Positions 28,596-38,749 of a stretch of DNA of 64,000 nt are shown one piece after another; within the stretch, counting starts at the first letter, position 1, and each line of letters opens with the position of its first letter. The DNA is taken from assembly GCA_041690595.1 (NCBI GenBank), contig JAWLHB010000019.1, positions 12,335 to 76,334 on the forward strand, written 5' to 3'. Under the pieces are notes generated by a model. It searched no databases and was not told the DNA's origin. It saw only the letters and a list, made by a program, of their open reading frames with translations. The stretch comes from Lentisphaeria bacterium (GTDB lineage: Bacteria; Verrucomicrobiota; Lentisphaeria; JABSQK01; JAWLHB01). Made by a program: the position numbers and the translations under genes.

Positions 28596-29604
28596 GAAGG
28601 ACCTCGCTGATTTCGCGCAGCATGAAGGTAAGCTGGCCCGCATCGACGACTCCCGAAGGCCGTACGTCTTCGCCGAAGGTGACTCCGGTCACCACATGCA
28701 CGAGTCCATCCACCGGAGAACGAAACTCCTCTACCAGCGAGAGATCGTCCAGGCTCCACAATCGCCCCAGCAGCTGCCCTGCCGCAACCTTGTCACCGAT
28801 CTGCACCAGCGGCTCGCAGAGCCCGCAGCGGGCGCTGTGCAGCTCGTGATGCTCCCCGACGACGTAGTACTCGTCCGGCAGTTCCAGTGGTCCTGGCCAC
28901 ATCCCCAGGTGCTTCATGACGTTCCAGATACCGCGCTCGCCGACATCCACGATGGCGGGATTCAGCTCGTTCTGGGGCGCCAGTTCCACGGTCATGTTGG
29001 GGATACCATGGCGCTCCGAATGCACCTGAAACATGCCCGGCATCGTGCTCTGCCCAGGCTCATGCAGATCGTTCGCGCGAATGCCGAAGGCGAGCAGCAG
29101 ATCGCGCCACTGCTTCCCGACCCACGCCTGACTCTGCGACGACCACCCATGCAGATCGATGATCGCATCCGCATGCCGCCCATAGCGCTCCCACACCAAC
29201 TCCGTGACCTGCCCCATCCACGTATCGGAATCCTGGCCCCAGACCCGGTTCATGTTCCAGACATTCTCCAAGCCCCGCCTGTAACGGCCAAGCTCATTGG
29301 GATAATCCTGCTGCCGCATCCAGACGGCGGGCGGATTGAGCAGGGGAAGCATGATCAGCGTTCCCTTCAGCTTCGCCGGATCGAGGGCGTTGAAGAGCCG
29401 CGCAATGGCGGCAATGCCATGCAGCTCGCGGCCATGCTGGGCCGCCGTCACCAGCAGGAGCGCGCCCTCCTCTCTGCCCCGTGCCATGAGGACCGGCAAC
29501 TCCGGCCGGATGCCCTGCCGCGCCACCTCCGGGCTGATCGAAAAGCGTACCTTGGCGTCCCGTTCGCAACTGCCGGCCAACGCCGCTTCCATCTCCTTGT
29601 TCAT
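28588..29604 (-). CDS. succinylglutamate desuccinylase / aspartoacylase (AstE/AspA) family zinc deacylase
   Basis: QHGRELHG and AIIDLHGWS resemble the family's metal-binding HxxE and H blocks. GAAGAGGG precedes the ATG. It overlaps the upstream lyase start by 8 bp. Confidence 0.65.
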   Translation of the reverse strand: MNKEMEAALAGSCERDAKVRFSISPEVARQGIRPELPVLMARGREEGALLLVTAAQHGRELHGIAAIARLFNALDPAKLKGTLIMLPLLNPPAVWMRQQDYPNELGRYRRGLENVWNMNRVWGQDSDTWMGQVTELVWERYGRHADAIIDLHGWSSQSQAWVGKQWRDLLLAFGIRANDLHEPGQSTMPGMFQVHSERHGIPNMTVELAPQNELNPAIVDVGERGIWNVMKHLGMWPGPLELPDEYYVVGEHHELHSARCGLCEPLVQIGDKVAAGQLLGRLWSLDDLSLVEEFRSPVDGLVHVVTGVTFGEDVRPSGVVDAGQLTFMLREISEVLHG

Positions 29605-29626
29605 ACCCTCTTCACTCCCTTGAGTA

Positions 29627-30952
29627 TTAAGCTACCGCGTGCGCGAAACCACCGCCGCGTACACCGAATTGATCCACAAATCGACGATTGGCCATGTGCC
29701 GAAGCTGCAGGCCACGCAACGCATCCAGAATCCCCTCCCGCGCCTCCGCCATGGTTGCCGAACCGGCCAGCACGTCCGAGAGGAGTACCCACAGCACCGG
29801 CCGCAGTTGGCGCAGTAACGGCGGCTGGCGAAAGCAGCAGCGCTCCAGCCCGAAGGCAAAAACCTCATCGCCAGCCACCGGGTGCTGGAGGCTGGTGTAG
29901 CGGGCAGATGCCAGCACGGGATAGCCGTGGCGCGTCCGGCCGATCGCCTCCTGTGCCGACGGCTCCACCAGGCTCTCGCAAATTTCGAAGAGACGGCCCG
30001 GCGAGGGATGATCCCGGCCCACCAGCAGCGACTCCGAAAACGGGATGCCCGACCACGGTGATCCCGCTGGCAGCGGCACCACCTTGACCGGAAAAACCAG
30101 CTTTTCGCGCGCTTCATGGTAGACGACCGTCTGCCGGCACACGATGCGAAAGAGCGCCTTGCCCGTGCCGAAATCCCGCATGCCACCAGCAATCAGCTCC
30201 GCGAGAACCTCCAGCGCCTGCCGCACCGCCTCCGTCAGCCCCTCCTCGCCATGATCGTACATCAGGATCAGGTGCATGATCATCGTGTTGTAGAACGCCG
30301 GATCCAACAGTGCCGCACCATCCTCCCGTTCCGCCAGCTTTCGGGCCATCTGGAACATGCGCGGAATGTCGAACGCTCCCCCCGACTCTTCGCCCAGTTC
30401 ACCAAGCAGCGCGAGGTTGACCTGCATGCCCCCTGCCGATGCCAGCACCGGCACTCCATAGTACCGGCCCGCGTTGCGATGGATTTCCAGCGTCTGTGCA
30501 GAAATGCCGGGATTACCCCGCAGGCGCTCCACCAGCTCATCCGGCAACGGCATGAACCAGCGCTCGTAGTCGTGCGGCAGCGACGTCGGTGTCATCATGA
30601 TGTCGCAACGACCGATGACCGCCTCCGCCGACTCCGTCTGCAGGAAGTCGAACGATTCGCCAGGGAAACGCTCCCGCAGATGTCCCATCATGACCTCGCG
30701 CACGGCTTCGCAATGGCCGCTGTAGATGCGGATTGGAGCCGCGCGCTGCACAATCTGGGTCACGCGGCGCGGACGTCGCAGGATGAGCCCGTCCTCCTCC
30801 AATTCCGTCAGCGCCCGGCGCACCGTCATCTGGGTCGTACCGAACTCCCTGGCCAATTCCCGTTCCGAGGGCAAGGTCGTGGCTTCGTGCTGGCGGATGC
30901 GCTCCCGAAGCGCCTCCGCGATCGCCGCGTACTTGGCGTTGGCTTTGGTCAT
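29627..30952 (-). CDS. GntR-family transcriptional regulator with a large C-terminal ligand-binding domain
   Basis: N-terminal wHTH LPSERELAREFGTTQMTVRRALTELEEDGLI. The start was moved to the ATG preceded by GAAGGTGAAG. Confidence 0.7.
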   Translation of the reverse strand: MTKANAKYAAIAEALRERIRQHEATTLPSERELAREFGTTQMTVRRALTELEEDGLILRRPRRVTQIVQRAAPIRIYSGHCEAVREVMMGHLRERFPGESFDFLQTESAEAVIGRCDIMMTPTSLPHDYERWFMPLPDELVERLRGNPGISAQTLEIHRNAGRYYGVPVLASAGGMQVNLALLGELGEESGGAFDIPRMFQMARKLAEREDGAALLDPAFYNTMIMHLILMYDHGEEGLTEAVRQALEVLAELIAGGMRDFGTGKALFRIVCRQTVVYHEAREKLVFPVKVVPLPAGSPWSGIPFSESLLVGRDHPSPGRLFEICESLVEPSAQEAIGRTRHGYPVLASARYTSLQHPVAGDEVFAFGLERCCFRQPPLLRQLRPVLWVLLSDVLAGSATMAEAREGILDALRGLQLRHMANRRFVDQFGVRGGGFAHAVA

Positions 30953-30986
30953 GGCTTCACCTTCTGAGCTATAGCAGGCTCGATCA

Positions 30987-31757
30987 TCAATAATTGGCGC
31001 TCCAGATGTGCGGTTCGGTATTGTTGCGCGCATCCCAGACATAGGTGTTCAGAAAGTAGGAGCCGTGACCGTCGTAAGCGGCAATATTGGCGCCGCGGCC
31101 GCCGTGATGGTAATTGATGAAGTTGGCGATCTTCTCGGCCCGATTGGTGAAGGCGCTCTGGCTGCTGCTCGACCCATCCGGCTCTCCCGCCTCGAAGAGG
31201 TGGATCTTGTCGGATGGCTTGAGGATGGAGCCGAGACGATGTGCCACCGTCCAGCCGCCTGCCGGCTCGGCCACAAGGGCGCTGGCATTGCGCACGTACC
31301 CCGCCCCGTCATAGCCCGTCGCCGTCTCGTAAATCCCAAAGTTGGCCAGTCCATTCATCGTGTAGTGCGCGCCGTAATTCCAGATCGTATAGCCATAGCG
31401 GTCGTTGACATTGCTGGTCTCGCGTCCCACTTCCGGGCAGAGCAGCGCCTTCTTGGCATTGACGTACTCCAGGTCGTGCAGCAGAGCCCGCCACGGACTC
31501 TTCATGTAATACTTCCCGCTCAGATCGGTCCAGGTGGCCGTCGGCAACAGAAAGTCGTCGTTGTCCCCCATGTACAACGCCGAGCCCATCACCTGCTGGC
31601 GCACATTCGAAAGACACGAACTGCGCACCACCGACGTCCGCGCCTTCGCCAGTGCCGGAAGCAGCATGCTAGCCAGAATCGCGATAATCGACACCACGAC
31701 CAGTAATTCGATAAGGGTGAAGAGCCGGTGTCTCTGTCGCGGCGACGTCAAGTTCAT
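30987..31757 (-). CDS. DUF1559 prepilin-type N-terminal cleavage/methylation domain protein (H-X9-DG family)
   Basis: [26 protein letters not shown] and the C-terminal [18 protein letters not shown] are present. AGGAGA precedes the ATG. It lies 34 bp upstream of the GntR gene on the same strand. Confidence 0.8.
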   Translation of the reverse strand: MNLTSPRQRHRLFTLIELLVVVSIIAILASMLLPALAKARTSVVRSSCLSNVRQQVMGSALYMGDNDDFLLPTATWTDLSGKYYMKSPWRALLHDLEYVNAKKALLCPEVGRETSNVNDRYGYTIWNYGAHYTMNGLANFGIYETATGYDGAGYVRNASALVAEPAGGWTVAHRLGSILKPSDKIHLFEAGEPDGSSSSQSAFTNRAEKIANFINYHHGGRGANIAAYDGHGSYFLNTYVWDARNNTEPHIWSANY

Positions 31758-32116
31758 AACACTTCTCCTGGTTAGCGTGTATAAAGAGTCGCTACTTGAT
31801 ATATAGCAGTTGCGGCGTCGCCTTGCAAGCGCCATCCCTGAAAATGTCGTTTCCGAGCGGCGAAATGCCGTGTGGAAAGTTGACCGAGCCAACCTCCGCG
31901 CGGCTTGCTCTCGACCGATTCGATTCATTCGACTTCCATGCAGTCGCGGCTACGGAATGCCCCCTGGGAAGGCCGCTGGGCTGAGCAGGGCGCTTCCTTT
32001 ACGTAATCTTCAACAAACACGATTGTATGGGCTTTCGGAAGACGCTAAAGTGGTTCTGTGCAGTACAGCTCCTGGCACAATGGCCGGCTTTCCATCCCGA
32101 ATCCATGGTGATCCTC

Positions 32117-32737
32117 ATGCGTACCAGAAAACCATTCACGCTGATCGAACTGCTCGTGGTCGTGGCCATCATCTCGGTACTTGCTTCGATGCTGCTGCCG
32201 GCACTCGGCCGCGCCCGAAGCGCGGCACGGGCCATCGACTGCAAGAACCGCCTCCACAATGTCATCCTCGCCACCGTCGTCTACGCCGGCGACTATGATG
32301 GCTGGTCCATGGACAGCACCGGCGGCTGGTACAATCCCCTCAGCCAGACCGGCTACATTCCGACGGATCTGACGCTGGTTCGCTGCCCCATCTGGTCCCC
32401 CTCCGGCCCCGGAGACGCAGGCTACACATCGACCTTCAGTTCCTACGGCATTCGCCGCATCATCGACGGCACGAATCGCCATCATCCTCTCAAGCGGGCG
32501 GATAACTCATCCGATTACCTGCTCTTCGTCGACTCCATTTCGTTGCAGAGCAGCAACGCCTATTATCTCACGCAGCGCTCCTATGTCTATGGCAACGACG
32601 GCCAGTTCCTGCAGCAGGCGCATTGCCGCCATCGCCGGCGAGCCAATGCCGCCTTCCTCGACGGCTCGGTGCGCGACGTTGGGCAGAAGGACCTTTTCGG
32701 CTACGCATGCCCCAAAGTGTATGTGGAGGTCGAATGA
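32117..32737 (+). CDS. DUF1559 prepilin-type N-terminal cleavage/methylation domain protein (H-X9-DG family)
   Basis: [26 protein letters not shown] and the C-terminal [16 protein letters not shown] (H-X9-DG) are present. The stop overlaps the start of the next gene in an ATGA arrangement. Confidence 0.75.
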   Translation: MRTRKPFTLIELLVVVAIISVLASMLLPALGRARSAARAIDCKNRLHNVILATVVYAGDYDGWSMDSTGGWYNPLSQTGYIPTDLTLVRCPIWSPSGPGDAGYTSTFSSYGIRRIIDGTNRHHPLKRADNSSDYLLFVDSISLQSSNAYYLTQRSYVYGNDGQFLQQAHCRHRRRANAAFLDGSVRDVGQKDLFGYACPKVYVEVE

Positions 32738-35145
32738 TGCGAATGTCACTGATAGGGGCGACTCTGCTATGCGTGTGGGGAGGCACCATGACGAACCATG
32801 CGGCTGAACTCATCGTCGAGGGTCGAAGCGACTACCGGATCGTCCTGCCGGATGAGTCCACGCGGCTCGTCTTTCCTCCAGGCGCCACGACTCACTACGC
32901 GGCGGACTTCCTCAATCAGTACCTCGAACAGATGACTGGTTGCCGACTCCCGGTGCTCAGCGAGAGCGAATCGACTGGAGATTCCCCGACGATCTACATC
33001 GGAGCCACCCGGCACGCCCGCGACACGATCGGCGACCTCTCGCAACTGGCGCCCGAAGCGCTCGTCATCAGGACGCTCGGACGCGACCTGCTGCTCTGCG
33101 GAGAGACCACCGCCGCCGGTCTCGACCGGGGCACCCTTTTTGCCGTCTACGAGTGGCTTGAACGTGCCGCGGGTGTCCGCTGGTACTTTGCCGACGAAAG
33201 CTGGTATCCGGCCGGCTTCGGAAAAGTGGTGCCGCGGCATGACGTGCTGCGTTCAGGCGAATTCGAAGTCGTGCAGGCGCCCGTGAACCGCCGCCGTGAA
33301 GGTGGCCTCAGCTACTATTCCGGCTCTATCGAACAGCAGGCGAAGTGGCATCCCGTCCTGCGCTTCGGCAGCTCCATCCCACACGGCAACGCCAATCATA
33401 CGCAGGTCACCTGGACCGATCTTTACGGCGAAAGCCACCCCGACTACTTTGCCGTCACGTCCAGCGGCCGGCGTCAGATCAACTTCCGCTACAAGCACCG
33501 CAGTTACGTCTGCCTGACCAATCCCGATGTGCTCGAGCAGATGCTTGCCAATGTCGAAGAGGTGGATCGCAAGGGGACAACGGGACTCTTTCCCGCCGGC
33601 GCCACTCCCGATGCCACCCACGTCTATTTTGCCTGCAACGATGGTCTGACCCCCCAGAGCGCCTGCCACTGCGAAAGCTGCCTCCCCTGGCATCGCCCGC
33701 AAGCACCCACCGGCGGCCAACTCAGCGAGTGGTTCTTTCAGTTCGTAGATCGCTATGCCACCGCCATCCAGGAGCGCTGGCCTGGCAGGCGTCTGGCCGT
33801 CCTCGCCTACGGCCACTATCGCGCGCCGCCAACGGAATCGCTGCTCCCCGACAATGTCGACGTCACCTTCGTCGGCCCCCCCGTCCAGTACCTGGGCGAT
33901 CCCGCCGAATATGCGCGCTGGGATGGCTGGCTCGACGAATGGTATCGCCTCGTCGGCGAAAACCGTCAGCGCCTCAGTTGCTGGATGAACATCGTCAGCC
34001 CAACCCGGTACACCTCCTGGGTTCCATTCATGTATCCGAACCTTCTGCAGCGGTGGCTGCTTGAACATAAGGACGAAACCGAAGGCTATTTCATCAATGG
34101 GCTCAACCTCTACTTGCGGCGGCTGGGCGTACAGGGCACCCATGGCGGCATGCAGACCTTTCCCATGGTCTGGCTGCAAAGCCGGCTCCTCTGGAACCCC
34201 GATCAGGACGCCGAATCCCTGATCGCACACTATTGCGACGACCTGTACGGACCGGCCAGCCAGGCGATGCAGGAGCTTTATCGCCACATCGTCGCCCGCT
34301 GGGAAGGGCTCTATCAGGGGGAGATGAATATGGCCGAGATCGACTTCATCCACACCGTCCGCTATCCGCCTGAACAGGTGGCTCACTTCCGCCAGTTGCT
34401 CGATGCAGCCCTCCAGGCTGCCCCGGAAGAGTCGATATACCGGCAGCGCATCATTTTCTGGCGGGATCGCATCTATTCCTTCTTCCTTCAGGAGAGCGAC
34501 GACTATCATTACTGGGCTGGCCGCCTGCCCAGCTACCTCTGCTATCGCGTTGCCGAAGCGCCGAACCTCGATGGCGACGCCAACGATCCATGTTGGCGAA
34601 ACGCACCCCCCATCCGCCTCGCCCGCCGTCAGTGGGGCAAGCCCTCCGACCGTGAAACCACCATCCGCATGGTGCACGACAACCAATCCCTTTTTATCCT
34701 TGCACACATGCACGCGCGTGCGACCACTCCCTTGGCCGACGAAGAGCTACGTTTCCAGGTTGCCCGAGTCCTCGACCCAGTGCTTCAGCAGCATGCTCCC
34801 AACATCGATCGCGAGTGGGAAGCTTTCCGTGAGGTCCGCTTCCGCGCCAATGGCGAGATGCTCACGTACGGTGGCTTCAGCGATGTCGCTCACTCTGTCG
34901 TCCAGCAAGACGACGAGATCCTCACCATTGAAGCGCGCCTTCCGCTATCCGCTCTTTTTCCCGACGAAAAGAGCGGCGGTGGCCGACAGTTGCGCATCCA
35001 GCTCATGCGCTACTGGGGCATCTGGAACCGCTACGACCTCTGGTCTCCCACCCTCTCGCACATTTCCGATTATCCCACCTACCGCTTTGGCGTGCTGCAG
35101 CTGATTCCCGACGTTCACCTGCAAGACACAAAAGCCGACGAGTAA
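32734..35145 (+). CDS. DUF4838-family secreted protein with C-terminal CBM9-like domain (paralog of 12559..15261)
   Basis: Signal [25 protein letters not shown]. The blocks [34 protein letters not shown] and CHCESC are collinear with the paralog. The C-terminal [18 protein letters not shown]...LFILAHMHA segment is CBM9-like. Confidence 0.55.
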   Translation: MMRMSLIGATLLCVWGGTMTNHAAELIVEGRSDYRIVLPDESTRLVFPPGATTHYAADFLNQYLEQMTGCRLPVLSESESTGDSPTIYIGATRHARDTIGDLSQLAPEALVIRTLGRDLLLCGETTAAGLDRGTLFAVYEWLERAAGVRWYFADESWYPAGFGKVVPRHDVLRSGEFEVVQAPVNRRREGGLSYYSGSIEQQAKWHPVLRFGSSIPHGNANHTQVTWTDLYGESHPDYFAVTSSGRRQINFRYKHRSYVCLTNPDVLEQMLANVEEVDRKGTTGLFPAGATPDATHVYFACNDGLTPQSACHCESCLPWHRPQAPTGGQLSEWFFQFVDRYATAIQERWPGRRLAVLAYGHYRAPPTESLLPDNVDVTFVGPPVQYLGDPAEYARWDGWLDEWYRLVGENRQRLSCWMNIVSPTRYTSWVPFMYPNLLQRWLLEHKDETEGYFINGLNLYLRRLGVQGTHGGMQTFPMVWLQSRLLWNPDQDAESLIAHYCDDLYGPASQAMQELYRHIVARWEGLYQGEMNMAEIDFIHTVRYPPEQVAHFRQLLDAALQAAPEESIYRQRIIFWRDRIYSFFLQESDDYHYWAGRLPSYLCYRVAEAPNLDGDANDPCWRNAPPIRLARRQWGKPSDRETTIRMVHDNQSLFILAHMHARATTPLADEELRFQVARVLDPVLQQHAPNIDREWEAFREVRFRANGEMLTYGGFSDVAHSVVQQDDEILTIEARLPLSALFPDEKSGGGRQLRIQLMRYWGIWNRYDLWSPTLSHISDYPTYRFGVLQLIPDVHLQDTKADE

Positions 35146-35287
35146 GCGCCCGGCCTGGACTGCACGGGGCAAACCTGATCGGTTCCCGCGTCTCCGCATA
35201 CAGGTCTTTTTCGTGCAGAAAGATGCCGTCTTGGCAGCATGTCAAACGGTGGTGCATGGTGCCTGCATTTAAATCAAGAATATGCAC

Positions 35288-35315
35288 TTGCATTCAGGAA
35301 TCGTGTGCATATACT
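35288..35315 (+). promoter_or_regulatory. sigma70-like promoter TTGCAT-N16-TATACT for the RRM RNA-binding protein gene
   Basis: cacTTGCATtcaggaatcgtgtgcaTATACTatg sits in an AT-richer patch about 190 nt upstream of the ATG. It is embedded in a cluster of six TGCA(T) motifs. Confidence 0.5.
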
Positions 35316-35502
35316 ATGCGTCATGTCGTGCATCCTCGGCGGCAGTACAAGCGATCTGGTGTGAGCCTAGGTTCCTTTGGAGCGTGAGATTCTACCTGCA
35401 CTTGGCGCATTCCGAAGGAGGCCGAAAGGCCCGGTGGCCCATCATGGTGGGGCCAGGGGCATCCGTCAACTAGTAGTCTCACAAAAGGAAACGTAACACA
35501 CC

Positions 35503-35901
35503 ATGGGTAAGAAACTGTTTGTCGGCGGACTGGCTTGGGCCACCACGGACGAAACCCTCCACAATGCCTTTTCACAGTTCGGCGACGTCGTCGAAGCAAA
35601 AGTCATCACCGAGCGCGAGACCGGGCGTTCCCGCGGCTTCGGCTTTGTCTCTTTTGACGACGACGACAGCGCGGATACAGCGGTCCGCGAACTCGATGGC
35701 TCCTCCCTCGATGGCCGCACCATTCGCGTGAACGAAGCTCGCGAACGCGAGGACAGCGGCGGTGGTCGCAGTAGCGGCGGCGGCGGCGGCTATGGTCGCA
35801 GCGGCGGCGGTGGCGGCGGCGGCGGTGGTCGCAGCAGCGGCGGTGCCGGCGGCTATGGCCGTGGCGGCAGCGGCGGCGGCGGCGGTCGCGATCGTCGTTA
35901 G
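35503..35901 (+). CDS. RNA-binding protein, RRM domain with glycine-rich RGG/GGYG C-terminal tail
   Basis: KLFVGGL (RNP2), RGFGFVSF (RNP1) and the (GGG)n-R/Y tail are present. AAGGA lies 10 nt upstream of the ATG. Confidence 0.85.
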   Translation: MGKKLFVGGLAWATTDETLHNAFSQFGDVVEAKVITERETGRSRGFGFVSFDDDDSADTAVRELDGSSLDGRTIRVNEAREREDSGGGRSSGGGGGYGRSGGGGGGGGGRSSGGAGGYGRGGSGGGGGRDRR

Positions 35902-35952
35902 TGCTCGCTTGAGCATTCGGGCAGCTTGATCTCAATCTGCCCACTCTTTCGA

Positions 35953-35993
35953 CAGCGCTTTCATGGGCCAGTCCCGGAAAGCGCTGTTTTTTT
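35953..35993 (+). terminator. rho-independent terminator of the RRM protein gene
   Basis: CAGCGCTTTcatgggccagtcccggAAAGCGCTG followed by TTTTTTT. Confidence 0.65.
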
Positions 35994-36111
35994 GCCCTTG
36001 TGGCCGCCTCTGCGCGGTCCCTCAAGACGATCCTGGATGCGCACGCCAGCGTGGATGAACACCATCAGCCGGCATGCTCTCCCGTTCAGCGAAGCTTCAG
36101 ATGGCTTTCGC

Positions 36112-37488
36112 TCACTTCTTCTTGTCGCCGGTATCCATGCCCAGCGCGGCAAGCAGGAAGGAACCCTGGTTGTTGATGCTGGCCATCGCGTCTTCCATGC
36201 GGGCAAACTGCTCCCAGAGCTGATCCTCCAGCCTGAGAATGCGGGCATCGATCTTGTCCATCTCGTCGTACATATCCGTGATGCTGGTCTGCATGTTGGT
36301 CGTTCGGGCCACAATGCTGCCATCGATGGGAGAGGTGAGGCTATTGAGGTAGCCATCCAGTTTGCGCGCAATCCCCCCTTCATAATCACGGAAGAGATCT
36401 TCAACCAGCGCGAAATTGTTGGTCAGGGCGTCTTCCAGTTTGACGCTGTCGGTGATTGCGAGCCGATTGTCGCGGCTCTCGGTCCAGATGCCGATCGTCT
36501 GAAGGCTGTTGAAGGCTTGATCGAGGGCGCCTGGATCGGTCACTCGGTTGGTGACGAAGGCGCGACTCTTCTGCTGTAGCGCGACGGCGAGGTTCTCCCC
36601 CTGAAGCAGACCGCGGCTGATCGCTTCGTCTCCCTCCGAGAGGGTGACCTTGGTTTGCTCTTCGGCCGCCTGCATCGTGCTGTTGTAGGTGGCGATGAAA
36701 TCATCGATCATGCCGCGGATAAAGGTCGTATCGTGAGAGACGGTAAGCGTCGAATCGCCGGTGGCGGTGAAACTCAAGGTGAGGCCATTGACGATGGAGC
36801 TCAGGTTGGTGTTGGCGGAACTGTCGATCGCAATGCCATCGATCGTAGCGCTCAGGTTGCGAGCGGCTTGCAACTCGTTCTTGACCAGGTCGCTTGCGTC
36901 CAGAATCCCGAGGCTCTTCAGGACGCCGCTGGCTCCGTCGGCAAGGCTGATCTGGGTGTCGCCCGTTTCCTGGCGTTTGATGACGAGAGAGCTGTTGATA
37001 ATCGTTGCCGATACCTTGTCGCCGGTTGCCATGTTGGCGGAGGCGGTATTGATCTTGTCCCGGATGCTGCTGAGTGTATCGGTGCTCTCGACGGTGATCG
37101 GTTGCCCGCCAATGGTGAAATCGCCGCTCAGGCTGAGTGCCTCCGCAGTCGAAGCCTGAGGGTCGCTGGCAAGGCGATGGGAAGCGGCAAGGTACTCCAC
37201 ATGGATGTCATACGTTGCCGGGTCGGCGGCAACTGTTGCCGTGGCGCCGACGATGCCGCTGCTCCCGGCCGCCACGCTCATGCGCTGCCAGTTGCTGTAG
37301 GAAGTCAGCGCCTGCGTCTTGCTGTAGAGGCTGCTGACCGCGGCATCCAGTTGCGTCCACGCCGCCAGCTTGTCCTGCGTCTCCGCAACCTTCGTTTCGA
37401 GGCGATATTTTGGGATACGCTCTGCCTCGAGCAGGGCCTGAACAAGGGCTTCGGTATCCATCCCTGAAGCAATGCCGCCCATGCGCAT
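36112..37488 (-). CDS. fliD: flagellar filament capping protein / hook-associated protein 2
   Basis: GIASGMDTEALVQALLEAERIPKYRLE is the conserved FliD N-terminus. A C-terminal coiled coil is present. GGAG lies 10 nt upstream of the ATG. Confidence 0.8.
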   Translation of the reverse strand: MRMGGIASGMDTEALVQALLEAERIPKYRLETKVAETQDKLAAWTQLDAAVSSLYSKTQALTSYSNWQRMSVAAGSSGIVGATATVAADPATYDIHVEYLAASHRLASDPQASTAEALSLSGDFTIGGQPITVESTDTLSSIRDKINTASANMATGDKVSATIINSSLVIKRQETGDTQISLADGASGVLKSLGILDASDLVKNELQAARNLSATIDGIAIDSSANTNLSSIVNGLTLSFTATGDSTLTVSHDTTFIRGMIDDFIATYNSTMQAAEEQTKVTLSEGDEAISRGLLQGENLAVALQQKSRAFVTNRVTDPGALDQAFNSLQTIGIWTESRDNRLAITDSVKLEDALTNNFALVEDLFRDYEGGIARKLDGYLNSLTSPIDGSIVARTTNMQTSITDMYDEMDKIDARILRLEDQLWEQFARMEDAMASINNQGSFLLAALGMDTGDKKK

Positions 37489-37578
37489 ACCGTCATCTCC
37501 CAGTTGTGTGTGGAGGTTTGTTCAGCCAGACTTCTTCATTCCGTCGTGTCGCAGAAAGAGTGCCAGGTGCCAAACGCA

Positions 37579-37612
37579 CACGAGGCACACCGCGGTTGCG
37601 GGGTGCCTCGTG
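37579..37612 (-). terminator. stem-loop (10-bp perfect stem CACGAGGCAC/GTGCCTCGTG) 25 nt after the flagellin stop; weak terminator or attenuator before fliD
   Basis: Perfect inverted repeat read directly from the sequence. The downstream tract (UGCGUUUGG) is only moderately U-rich, so partial read-through into fliD is plausible. Confidence 0.35.
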
Positions 37613-37636
37613 AGGTTATTGCCGTCCGGCGTTGTC

Positions 37637-38578
37637 TTAGCCGATCAAGCGGGTGGCGGCGGCGGGCAGCTGCCCAGCCTGCGCCAACATCGCATTGCCG
37701 ACCTGGCTCAGAATCTGGAACTTGGCCAGTTCCGTCGACTCGCGGGCCATGTCAACGTCGCGGATCTTGCTCTCGGAGGCACGGATGTTGTCCTCGTACG
37801 CCAGCAGGCCGGACCGCGTGTTCTCGAGCCGGTTCTGCTGGGCACCAACCTTGGCACGGCTGTTGGCGATGTGCTCGATCGCCTGCTGCACCTTGCCGAT
37901 GGCATCGGTCGAACCGACACTCATCTTCGAACTGTCGATGACGCTGGCCCACGATACGGTCGTGTGGGTCGAGGTCAAGACCGCATGGTTGGTGCTGTAG
38001 GTGTAGCTGTGCACGGTGCCGATGGTGGCAGTGTTGGAGACCTGAAGATTCTCAAGACTGAGGTCGATCGTCTGATTGACGTCAGCCCCCACCTGCAGCT
38101 TGATTTTACCGGAACCAACACCATCGCCGGCGACCGTCGCCTGCCCGTTGCCACCGCGCAGCAGGTAGAGACCGTTGAACTTCGCCGCGGACGTGCTCTT
38201 CGACGTAACGCGAGAGATTTCATCCTGCAGCTCCTTGAACTCAGTCTGGATATTGCCCTTGTCGCCAGAGGTCTTGGTCCCGTCCGACGCTTCCACGGAC
38301 AGCTCGTGCATACGACCGAGCATGTCGTTGACCTTCTGCATCCAGGAGTCTGCCGTCTGGAGCAGCGACAGACCATTTTCCACGCCGTTACGCGCCTTCG
38401 AGGTACTGCGGGCCTGGCTGCGCATCTGCTCGGAGATGGCAACGCCTGCCGCATCATCCTTGACCGACTTGACGCCGCTGGAGAGGCGGCTCATCGATCC
38501 GCGCAGCCCGTTCAGGTTTTGCGTGTAGCTGGAGAAGACGTTGAACGCGGTTGTATTGTTGTTGACGTACAGAGACAT
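37637..38578 (-). CDS. fliC: flagellin
   Basis: The conserved N-terminus MSLYVNNNTTAFNVFSSYTQNLNGLRGSMSRLSSGVK and the C-terminal AQQNRLENT...LSQVGNAMLAQAGQLP are present. AAGGAG precedes the ATG. Confidence 0.9.
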   Translation of the reverse strand: MSLYVNNNTTAFNVFSSYTQNLNGLRGSMSRLSSGVKSVKDDAAGVAISEQMRSQARSTSKARNGVENGLSLLQTADSWMQKVNDMLGRMHELSVEASDGTKTSGDKGNIQTEFKELQDEISRVTSKSTSAAKFNGLYLLRGGNGQATVAGDGVGSGKIKLQVGADVNQTIDLSLENLQVSNTATIGTVHSYTYSTNHAVLTSTHTTVSWASVIDSSKMSVGSTDAIGKVQQAIEHIANSRAKVGAQQNRLENTRSGLLAYEDNIRASESKIRDVDMARESTELAKFQILSQVGNAMLAQAGQLPAAATRLIG

Positions 38579-38749
38579 GGTGTAACTCTCCTTAGTTTGT
38601 TCTGCCGACTTCCTTGTCGGCGTTTGCGCGTACCTCCGGGAACCTCACCTCCCAGACTGGTGGCTCCGCTTCCGCGAAGCTTTCCCTGATGCTGACCCTC
38701 CTTCGTTTCTGGTTCTCGATCCGCGGCCACTTGCCGCCTCACCCACCAT

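Noticed and set aside
35282-35473. 63-aa ORF in the leader of the RRM gene
   Set aside because: It lies inside the predicted 5' UTR, downstream of the promoter. It has no RBS, and its Cys/His/Arg-rich composition is typical of spurious frames.
35750-35890. GGC/GGT trinucleotide repeat tract
   Set aside because: It is the coding sequence of the glycine-rich tail of the RRM protein (GGGGYGRSGGGG...), not a non-coding SSR or a CRISPR-like array.
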